DNA of 63,618 nucleotides, the filler included. It is 7 parts of 7 records of this genome, joined end to end, with 100 filler letters (N's around TTAATTAATTAA, not from the genome) between each part and the next. Parts side by side here need not be neighbours in the genome. Positions count along the whole stretch, not along the records: positions 18,687 to 25,754 come from DRR723986_9708; positions 25,855 to 33,186 come from DRR723986_9711; 5 more parts are not named here. One strand, written 5' to 3'. Positions within the stretch are counted from its first letter, which is position 1, and each line of letters opens with the position of its first letter. Both the position numbers and the translations under genes were made by a program. The notes below the pieces were generated by a model that ran no database searches, was not told where the DNA came from, and worked only from the letters and a program-made list of their open reading frames with translations. This document shows, one piece after another, positions 21,171 to 28,775 of this stretch.

Positions 21171-22703
21171 ATGAAAACCCTGATGCTGCCGCTGCTTCTG
21201 GCGGCGGCCTCCCCTGTTCTGGCCGAGAGGCCGGATCTCGACGACCGGCACCTGCCGGTGGTCCCGCGCACCGCCGAAGAGACCGCGCGCATCGCCCGCG
21301 TCACGGCGCCGCCCACGGATTTCTCGCAGCCCGAAGCCTTCGAGGCCAAGCCCGGTGGCGCCGCGACGGTGCGGCGGCGGTCCAGCGCGGATGCCTTCTC
21401 GCAGCCCTCGGCCAACATCGGCTTCGAGGGCGAACTGACCTTCAAGATCGGCAACGGGCTCTTCAAGAAGCTCTGGGTCTCGTCCCCCGCCTCGACGCTG
21501 GCCTCGGACGGGCTGGGGCCGGTGTTCAACGCGCGATCCTGCCAGCGCTGCCACCTGAAGGACGGGCGCGGCCACCCGCCCGAGGGGCCGGACGACAACC
21601 GCGTCTCGATGTTCCTGCGCCTGTCGGTGCCCTTCGACCAGACCGACATGACAGAGGTCGAGGCCTATCTCGCGACGCTGGGCGGGGCGCTGGCGCGGCC
21701 CGAACCCACCTACGGCGGACAGTTGCAGGACGTGGCCGTGCTGGGCCATGCCGCCGAGGGCCAGATGCAGATCGCCTACGACGAGGTGCCCGTGGCGCTG
21801 TCGGGCGGCGAAGAGGCCTCGCTGCGCAGGCCGACCTACAGCGTCACGGACCTTGGCTACGGACCGATGGCGGATGACGTGATGCTCTCGCCCCGCGTGG
21901 CGCCGACCATGCTGGGCCTCGGCCTGATCGAGGCGATCCCCGCCGCCGACATCCTCGCCCATGCGGACCCCGACGACGCGGACGGCGACGGCATCTCGGG
22001 CCGGGCGCAGGTGGTCTGGTCTCTGGAATACGACGCGCCGATGCTGGGCCGCTTTGGCTGGAAGGCCGGCAACCCCACGGTCCGCGAACAGTCCGCCGGG
22101 GCCTTCGCGGGCGACATCGGCATCTCGAACCCGCTGCACCCCCTGCCCGCCGGGGATTGCACCGAAGCGCAGAGCACTTGCCTTGCCGGGCCGCATGGCG
22201 ACGGGGACGCGCGCGGCACCGAAATCGACGCCGAGGGGCTGGACCTCGTGACCTTCTACAGCCGCAACCTCGCCCTGCCGGAACGCGTGGCGCTAGACGA
22301 TCCGCAGGTGCTGCGCGGCAAGCAGGTCTTCCACGACATCGGCTGTGCGTCCTGCCACGTTCCGAAATACGTCACCCACCGGCTGTCAGACGAGAGCGCG
22401 CAGAGCTTTCAGCTGATCTGGCCGCATTCGGATTTCCTGCTGCACAACATGGGCGAGGGGTTGGCCGACGACCGCCCCGAGGGAATTGCCTCGGGCCGAG
22501 AATGGCGCACCGCGCCGCTTTGGGGCATCGGTTTGACCCGGCAGGTCAACGGCCATACCTATTTCCTGCACGATGGCCGTGCGCGCTCTCTGCTGGAGGC
22601 GGTGCTCTGGCACGGCGGCGAAGCGCAGCCCGCCCGCGACCGTGTCGTGGCCATGCCGCCCGAGGACCGCGCCGCCCTGATCCGCTATCTGGAGAGCCTC
22701 TGA
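21171..22703 (+). CDS. Di-haem oxidoreductase family protein (DHOR/DUF1111)
   Basis: DGLGPVFNARSCQRCH, GCASCH, WRTAPLWG, LHDGRAR; signal peptide. Confidence 0.9.
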   Translation: MKTLMLPLLLAAASPVLAERPDLDDRHLPVVPRTAEETARIARVTAPPTDFSQPEAFEAKPGGAATVRRRSSADAFSQPSANIGFEGELTFKIGNGLFKKLWVSSPASTLASDGLGPVFNARSCQRCHLKDGRGHPPEGPDDNRVSMFLRLSVPFDQTDMTEVEAYLATLGGALARPEPTYGGQLQDVAVLGHAAEGQMQIAYDEVPVALSGGEEASLRRPTYSVTDLGYGPMADDVMLSPRVAPTMLGLGLIEAIPAADILAHADPDDADGDGISGRAQVVWSLEYDAPMLGRFGWKAGNPTVREQSAGAFAGDIGISNPLHPLPAGDCTEAQSTCLAGPHGDGDARGTEIDAEGLDLVTFYSRNLALPERVALDDPQVLRGKQVFHDIGCASCHVPKYVTHRLSDESAQSFQLIWPHSDFLLHNMGEGLADDRPEGIASGREWRTAPLWGIGLTRQVNGHTYFLHDGRARSLLEAVLWHGGEAQPARDRVVAMPPEDRAALIRYLESL

Positions 22704-23668
22704 TGCGCCTGACCCTTGCCCTGTGCTGCCTTGCCGCGCCCCTGTCCGCAGGCGTCGAAGAGGCCGTGCGCGACCACATCCTGCCCGCCTTCGACACCTT
22801 CGCCGCAGACACGCGGGCGCTGGCCGAGGTAGCCGAGGCCGACTGTACCGCGCAGGCGCTGCGGCCCGCCTACCAACAGGCCTTCGACGGCTGGATGGGC
22901 ATCGCGCATCTGACCTTCGGCCCGCTCGAGGCCGAGGGGCGCGCGCTGGCCATCGCCTTCTGGCCCGACACCCGGGGCATCGTCGCCAAGACGGTCGCGA
23001 CCCTGCTGCGGGACGAGGATGCGATCGTCGACGACCCGCAGGAGTTCCCCGAGGTCTCGGTGGCCGGTCGCGGCCTCTTTGCGCTGGAGCGGCTGCTCTA
23101 CGAGACGGACTATGGCGCCGGGGATTACGCCTGCCGCTACGCGCAGGCCATCAGCGCCGACCTCGCCCGCATGGGCACTGAGATGCGCGCCGACTGGACA
23201 GGGCACGGCGAACTGCTGACCACGGCGGGCGACAATGCCACCTATCTGACCGAACGCGAGGCGGCCTCGACGCTCTACACCGCGCTGATGACGGGGCTGG
23301 AGTTCACCGCCGACCAGCGGCTGGGGCGGCCCTTGGGCAGCTTCGACCGGCCCCGCCCGGAACGGGCCGAGGCACGCCGCTCTGACCGGCCCCTGCGCGA
23401 CGTGGTGCTCTCGCTCGAGGCGACGCGCGGCCTTGCCCGCACGCTGGCAGAGGGAGAGATCCCCGTGACCGAAGCGGCCTTCGCCGACGCGCTTGGGGTG
23501 GCGGCAGACCTCGACGACCCGCTCTTCGAGGGGGTCGACGATCCTGCGGGGCGGCTGCGGGTCGAGATCCTGCAACAGCGCGTCCGTGCCGTGCGGGACG
23601 CCATCGCCGGGGAAATCGGTGCCGCGCTGGGTCTGTCGCAGGGCTTCAACTCCGCCGACGGGGACTGA
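22703..23668 (+). CDS. Imelysin family protein (second type)
   Basis: FWPD, RGLFALERLLY, C-terminal GFNSADGD. Confidence 0.88.
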   Translation: MRLTLALCCLAAPLSAGVEEAVRDHILPAFDTFAADTRALAEVAEADCTAQALRPAYQQAFDGWMGIAHLTFGPLEAEGRALAIAFWPDTRGIVAKTVATLLRDEDAIVDDPQEFPEVSVAGRGLFALERLLYETDYGAGDYACRYAQAISADLARMGTEMRADWTGHGELLTTAGDNATYLTEREAASTLYTALMTGLEFTADQRLGRPLGSFDRPRPERAEARRSDRPLRDVVLSLEATRGLARTLAEGEIPVTEAAFADALGVAADLDDPLFEGVDDPAGRLRVEILQQRVRAVRDAIAGEIGAALGLSQGFNSADGD

Positions 23669-23669
23669 G

Positions 23670-24728
23670 ATGCGACGCAGGCACTTCCTTTCGGCCCTGC
23701 TGGCCTCGGCGACCCTGCCGCAGGTGACATGGGCCGACGCGGGCAATCCGGCCTTCCTTGCCGCCGCGCAAGAGCCGGACGGCACCTACGCGCTGTTCGG
23801 CCTGTCGGCGCAGGGCACGGACGTCTTCCGCATCCCGCTGCCCGCCCGGGGCCATGCCGCAGCGGCCCATCCCCTGCGCCCCGAGGCGGTGGCCTTCGCC
23901 CGCCGCCCCGGCACCTATGCCCTTGTGATCGATTGCGTTTCGGGACAGGTGGCGCACCGCCTCGACGCGCCGGAGGGGCATCACTTCTACGGGCACGGTG
24001 CCTTTCTGGACGGTGGCGCGCTGCTGGTGACGACGGAAAACCACGTCGACAGCGGCGAGGGCCGGCTGGGTCTCTGGGCGCGGGACGAAGGCTACGCCCG
24101 CGTCGGGGAAATCGCCTCGGGCGGCATCGGCCCCCACGAAATCCTGCGCCTGCCGGGCGACGTTCTGGCGGTCGCCAACGGCGGTATCCTGACCCATCCG
24201 GACCGGGGCCGCGACAAGCTGAACGTCGACACCATGCGCCCGAACCTGTCCTACGTGACGGTCTCGGGCGGCGTGCAAGAAAAGGTCGAACTGGCCGAAG
24301 ACCTGCGCCACGCCTCTATCCGCCACCTCGCGCATCGCGACGGGCTCGTAGGCTTTGCCATGCAATGGGAAGGCGATCTGTCAAAGCCCGTGCCGCTTCT
24401 GGGCCTGCATCGCAAGGGCGGACGGGTGACGCTCTGCGAGGCCGATCTGGCCGAACAACTGGCGATGCAAGGCTATGCGGGCAGCGTCGCCATGGATGCC
24501 CAAGGGGTGGGGATCACCTCGCCTCGTGGCGGGCGGCTCCATCTCTATAATTTCGATGGGGAATTCCGGACCTCGCTCCACCGCCCCGACATCTGCGGGC
24601 TGGCGGCGGGGGCCTCGGGTCTCGTGGCCACCGACGGCCACGGCGGGGTGCTGTCCTGCACCGACCGGCTGACGCCGCTCTCGGTGGCCGCGCGGGCCTG
24701 GGACAACCATTTGGTCCGGCTGGGCTGA
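23670..24728 (+). CDS. DUF1513 family protein, Tat-exported
   Basis: MRRRHFL twin-Arg signal, FARRPG, HFYGHG, GIGPHE, ANGGILTHP, WDNHL. Confidence 0.88.
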   Translation: MRRRHFLSALLASATLPQVTWADAGNPAFLAAAQEPDGTYALFGLSAQGTDVFRIPLPARGHAAAAHPLRPEAVAFARRPGTYALVIDCVSGQVAHRLDAPEGHHFYGHGAFLDGGALLVTTENHVDSGEGRLGLWARDEGYARVGEIASGGIGPHEILRLPGDVLAVANGGILTHPDRGRDKLNVDTMRPNLSYVTVSGGVQEKVELAEDLRHASIRHLAHRDGLVGFAMQWEGDLSKPVPLLGLHRKGGRVTLCEADLAEQLAMQGYAGSVAMDAQGVGITSPRGGRLHLYNFDGEFRTSLHRPDICGLAAGASGLVATDGHGGVLSCTDRLTPLSVAARAWDNHLVRLG

Positions 24729-24732
24729 AGGC

Positions 24733-24834
24733 TCAGAGGCAGGCCCAATCGGTAAAGGTGAACTTTCGCGGCTTCCGGTTTCCCGGCAGCGGAAGGGGGT
24801 GCTTGTCGCGGGGCGCTTGCTTTGATTTGATCAT
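24733..24834 (-). CDS. Small 33-aa protein ending FTDWACL
   Basis: AGGAGG RBS 8 nt before the ATG; MIKSKQAPRDKHPLPLPGNRKPRKFTFTDWACL. Confidence 0.6.
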   Translation of the reverse strand: MIKSKQAPRDKHPLPLPGNRKPRKFTFTDWACL

Positions 24835-25022
24835 ATTCAGTACCTCCTGACTGACCCAATGGTGCATCACGCCGGATGTTCCGGACAGTGCGGGATTCCG
24901 GACGGGCGGGTATCCCGGACTGTGACGTGTATGCAACACCCCGGTCGGTCGAAGGGGCGGCAGTTGCCCGTTGCAAGTATTTGATCTGCAAGGCACTGTG
25001 CGCCCAAACGACGGAGGGGCGG

Positions 25023-25496
25023 ATGGGTTTGATCCTTGCAGGCGTGCTGATGGGCCTGGGCGGAACGGCGGCGATGGACCTTTGGGCGCTGGTGCTGAAC
25101 CGCCTCTTTGGCCAGCCCATGGCGAATTGGGCCCGTATCGGGCGCTGGGTGGCCAACTTGCGTGATCGCGTCTTTCACGACGACTTCGACCGGGTCGCCC
25201 CGGTGGAGGGAGAGCTGGCCTTGGGCTGGGCCTTCCACTACGCGGTCGGCGTAGTCTACGGCATCGTTTTCGCGCTGTTCGCCGGCCGCGACTGGCTGGC
25301 GGAGCCGACGCTCCTGCCGGTGTGGATCTTCGGGATCGTGACGATCGCGGCGGGCTGGTTCCTGCTGCAACCGGCCACCGGCGCGGGCTGGGTCGCCTCA
25401 CGCACGCCGAATCCCGCAAAGACCCGCTGTCTGGGCCTGCTGGCGCATACGGTCTTTGCCCTGGGGATGTGGGCCGTGGCCCTGATAATCCATTGA
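25023..25496 (+). CDS. DUF2938 family membrane protein
   Basis: GTAAMDLW, NWARIGRW, LGWAFHYAVG, LQPATGAG, LAHTVF; GGAGG RBS. Confidence 0.82.
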   Translation: MGLILAGVLMGLGGTAAMDLWALVLNRLFGQPMANWARIGRWVANLRDRVFHDDFDRVAPVEGELALGWAFHYAVGVVYGIVFALFAGRDWLAEPTLLPVWIFGIVTIAAGWFLLQPATGAGWVASRTPNPAKTRCLGLLAHTVFALGMWAVALIIH

Positions 25497-25506
25497 TCTG
25501 AAACGC

Positions 25507-25532
25507 AAAAGGGCGGGGAAATCCCCGCCCTT
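25507..25532 (-). terminator. Intrinsic terminator of the cold-shock gene
   Basis: AAAAGGGCGGGGAAATCCCCGCCCTT stem; U-run on the minus strand; lies between convergent genes. Confidence 0.75.
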
Positions 25533-25555
25533 GGTCTGTCGTGAACCCCGAGGAT

Positions 25556-25754
25556 TCAGAGCAGTTCGAGGTTGCCCGCGGACTGCTTGCCGTCACGGCC
25601 GGACTGCAGCTCGTAGGACACCTTCTGGTTGTCCTGCAGGCCGGTGAGGCCCGAACGCTCGACGGCGGAGATGTGAACGAACACGTCCTTGCCGCCATCT
25701 TCCGGCTGAATGAAGCCGTAACCCTTGGTGGTGTTGAACCATTTCACGGTGCCA
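25556..25754 (-). CDS. cspA: Cold-shock protein (first codons cut off)
   Basis: GTVKWFN, KGYGFI (RNP1), DVFVHISA (RNP2). Confidence 0.93.
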
Positions 25755-25854
25755 NNNNNNNNNNNNNNNNNNNNNNNNNNNNNNNNNNNNNNNNNNNNTT
25801 AATTAATTAANNNNNNNNNNNNNNNNNNNNNNNNNNNNNNNNNNNNNNNNNNNN
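25755..25854. other. Artificial linker
   Basis: N44-TTAATTAATTAA-N44. Confidence 0.97.
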
Positions 25855-25860
25855 CCGGGC

Positions 25861-25886
25861 GTACACCCCCCGTACACCCCCTGTAC
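25861..25886. repeat. Short tandem GTACACCCCC repeat
   Basis: gtacacccccc-gtacaccccct-gtac at the fragment edge. Confidence 0.45.
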
Positions 25887-26141
25887 GGACGGAATGGCAT
25901 TTGCACAGCCGGGCTTGTGGCTTGCTGCGAGATGGTGGTTTCGTGGTCTGAGAAGTGTCTTAGCCGGTAGGTTGCAGGTCGGCTTTGCTCAGATAGTGAA
26001 CTTTGCAAAGTTTCAGCGGTTTCCCTACCGAAGACCTTGGTGAAATTGCGACGAGCGACAGCTTGAGAGCCCACTTAATACATTGAACATCTGTGTAGGC
26101 TGCGACGAGTGGTGAAAAAATCACCCAAATTTTTTGGAACC

Positions 26142-26606
26142 CTATAGAGCCCCTATGTGGCCACCAACTGTAAACAGAACGGAGTACGCGGCCATCACAA
26201 ACGAAAGCCTTAAAAGTTTGGCGCTTTCCTGCATAGCCTTGTCGTTGGTAGCTATATGTTTGTCGTGGAATCCGCCCAACTCTTTTAGGACATCGCTTTC
26301 CTCGCGATTGTTCAATATATCTTCGGCAAGATCCTCGAAACAAGCGCCTGGAGCATAAAAGCGTACAGGCCGGGCCGAATACCACGCTAAAGAGGCCGCG
26401 CCAACTAGCCCAGTCGCCCCAAAAAGTAAGATCAAAGGTGTCGGTGAACTTTCTGCTAATGCAGCCAATATAGCTGCTGCGGCAACCAACATAGACGCAG
26501 CGCTCACTGCGCGTTGATCGGCTGCAAGCGCTGCCGTAAACTGCCACTCAAGCCTTTGTTCCGCAAGTCTATAGGCTTCTCTGACTATTATGATATTGTC
26601 AGTCAT
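26142..26606 (-). CDS. Hypothetical membrane protein (154 aa, about 3 TM helices), AT-richer than the flanks
   Basis: AAAGGA RBS; two N-terminal hydrophobic segments and one C-terminal segment. Confidence 0.7.
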   Translation of the reverse strand: MTDNIIIVREAYRLAEQRLEWQFTAALAADQRAVSAASMLVAAAAILAALAESSPTPLILLFGATGLVGAASLAWYSARPVRFYAPGACFEDLAEDILNNREESDVLKELGGFHDKHIATNDKAMQESAKLLRLSFVMAAYSVLFTVGGHIGAL

Positions 26607-26632
26607 ATACGAATCCTTTTGGGGCTATATTA

Positions 26633-26761
26633 ATGGCACGTGAACCTGAACCAATCCAGAGGTCTCCTGAGGACAAACCGCCTCCCCCACAGGATATAAG
26701 CGCTGCACGTGAGCCTCAGCCAATCCAAAAAGATAATGAACCAGACCCACCGCCCCGATAG
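26633..26761 (+). CDS. Putative 42-aa Pro/acidic peptide with an internal repeat
   Basis: MAREPEPIQRSPEDKPPPPQDISAAREPQPIQKDNEPDPPPR; repeat copies differ mostly at third codon positions. Confidence 0.5.
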   Translation: MAREPEPIQRSPEDKPPPPQDISAAREPQPIQKDNEPDPPPR

Positions 26762-26903
26762 CGTCTTAACGGACGGAGCTAGGCCGCTATGGAGGCCGGT
26801 AGACCCCCAAGCAGTACAGTGCTGGGTTTTCTTGGAAAGAACCGATCAACTCGAAGCGGGCGTTTCAAAAAAACAAAATTCGAGTTCTGGGCAGTTGCTC
26901 CAA

Positions 26904-27193
26904 CAAATGTGAATGATGGTTCGTCCCGTTTGTTGTGAGTTGGCTACCGACGCGGCGGAGGGCGGCTATCGCATAGTGAAGCCGACGGCCTTTGTTACGC
27001 TCCGGGCTGACTGCGGTCATTCCTCCTTTTTGCTCTAGGATGCCGGACCACAATCCGATTTCTTTCGGCCTTCGGGGAGCGTCTGTCACATTTGGAACAG
27101 GTGTAGGTGGCACTGTGCCGGGGGACGGCCTAGAAGGGCCTTGTTTCCCCCCCTTGTCGGGGGGAGACTGCCTTGACAGACCAGTATCAAGGC
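26904..27193. other. Self-complementary non-coding block (candidate structured RNA or leader)
   Basis: Nested inverted repeats 26904-12/27086-94 and 26997-27003/27076-82, plus several local hairpins. Confidence 0.3.
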
Positions 27194-27207
27194 GACCCCG
27201 ACCCCCC

Positions 27208-27750
27208 ATGCGCATCTTCCTCAGTCTCGACCTGCCCGACGCTTGCCGCGATCCGCTTTTGCGGATGGTGGGAGGGCTTCGGGCCGGGCGGGTGGTGCCT
27301 TGGGAGAACCTGCATGTGACGCTCTCGTTTCTGGATGACCAGCCCGAGGAGCGGCTGGAGGAGCTGCATATGGCGCTGGAGCCCTTGCGGCTGCCCGCGC
27401 CCGAGCTGCGCTTTGCGGGGATCGACTGGTTCGGGCCGGGCAAGGCGCGGATGCTGGCGGCGTTGCTGGAACCGGTGCCGGAGTTGGTGGATTTGCAGGC
27501 GGAGGTCGAACGGCAGGCCCGGCGCGTCGGGATGCAGCCGGAACGGCGCAGCTTCAAGCCACATGTGACGCTGGTGCGCTTCGGGCGGGGTATGTCAGAG
27601 GGCGAGGCTGCTGCCTTGCAGGGGTTCCTCGCAGCCCCTCCGGTTGTCAATGTGCCCGTGACCCGCGCGACCGGCTTTTCACTGCAAGGCTCCACCCTCA
27701 CCGATCAGGGCGCGCGGTACGAGGCGCTGGCGGTCTACCCTCTGGCTTAG
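27208..27750 (+). CDS. thpR: RNA 2',3'-cyclic phosphodiesterase (2H family)
   Basis: MRIFLS start; two HxT motifs (NLHVTLSFL, FKPHVTL). Confidence 0.9.
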   Translation: MRIFLSLDLPDACRDPLLRMVGGLRAGRVVPWENLHVTLSFLDDQPEERLEELHMALEPLRLPAPELRFAGIDWFGPGKARMLAALLEPVPELVDLQAEVERQARRVGMQPERRSFKPHVTLVRFGRGMSEGEAAALQGFLAAPPVVNVPVTRATGFSLQGSTLTDQGARYEALAVYPLA

Positions 27751-28775
27751 CCGGGCTGCACCATCGCCGCTTCCCATTCCTCGATGAACTGCCGCCGTTT
27801 CAGCCGGTCGAGATAGATCAGCAGGCCGGGGCCGAGCTGAATGGGGCGCAAGCTGGCATTTTCCGACAGGCGCGCAGGCGTGATGCCGGGGAAGGCGAAG
27901 CGCCCGCCGCCTTCGGTCCAGGCGGTTTCGATCAGGTGGTCGATGAAAAGCCCGGCCTCCTCTGGCGCTTCGGCATTGGCGGGGATCAGAACGGTGCGCA
28001 TCATCACGGTGGTGAAATCCTCGGGCGCAATGATGTGGATGCGGTCGTGCAGGTCTTCGCGCACCTGCGCGTAGCTGCCGAGCACGTTGTAGGCTACCGC
28101 GATGCGGCCGGAGGCCACGTCCTCGATCATGTCCGACGAGCCGCGGTAGAGCTGCGTTTGCAGCCCGCCCATCACCTGCGCCAGACGCCAATAGGTTTCC
28201 GACGTGCGCCCGTCCTGCGTGGCAAAAAGGTAGCCAAGCCCGCTTTCGCGCACGTCATAGGTGCCGATCCTCTCGCGGAACCGGTCGGGGTTGTCGCGCA
28301 GCGCGGTGATCAGTTCCTGCCGCGTGCGGGGCAGTTCCATATCCGCGAAATCGGCGCGCGACAGGACTATGGTGGCGGGTTCCTGCGTGAACGCGAAGAC
28401 ACGGTCGCGCCAGCGTGCCCATTCGGGAAGGCTGGCCGTGGCGCCGGACCGGTAAGGCAGGGCCAGCCCGTCATTGGCCAGCTTGAGTTGCAGGTCCATG
28501 GCCGAGGAAATGGCGAGGTCGAAGCGTTCGCCTTCGTCTTGCAGCGCCACCATGATCTCGGACGAACTGACCACGTAATACTCCACCGCAACGCCGGGGT
28601 TCAGCGCCTGAAAGGCGGTGACGAAGGGGGCGAAGAGATCGGCATCGGCGGTCGAGATCACCCGCAGTTCAGCGGTCTGGTTCAAGGCCGGGAAATGCAC
28701 CTGTTCCTCGATTTCGAAGGCGAGGCCGGGCAGGGCTGAGAAGATCAGCGCAAGGGAATGGACAAACGCACGCAT
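27747..28775 (-). CDS. Periplasmic solute-binding protein linked to TctDE
   Basis: Signal peptide, SSAMDLQLKLANDG, SGLGYLFATQD, AYNVLGSYA. Confidence 0.82.
   Translation of the reverse strand: MRAFVHSLALIFSALPGLAFEIEEQVHFPALNQTAELRVISTADADLFAPFVTAFQALNPGVAVEYYVVSSSEIMVALQDEGERFDLAISSAMDLQLKLANDGLALPYRSGATASLPEWARWRDRVFAFTQEPATIVLSRADFADMELPRTRQELITALRDNPDRFRERIGTYDVRESGLGYLFATQDGRTSETYWRLAQVMGGLQTQLYRGSSDMIEDVASGRIAVAYNVLGSYAQVREDLHDRIHIIAPEDFTTVMMRTVLIPANAEAPEEAGLFIDHLIETAWTEGGGRFAFPGITPARLSENASLRPIQLGPGLLIYLDRLKRRQFIEEWEAAMVQPG

Noticed and set aside
26904-27094. Retron msr-msd interpretation of the inverted-repeat-bounded block
   Set aside because: No reverse transcriptase in the fragment and no long msd-type hairpin.
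26992-27207. N-terminal extensions in the ORF track (thpR, tctD, tctC, metA, DUF1476, RpiR and others)
   Set aside because: Family homology and RBS position support the downstream starts used here.
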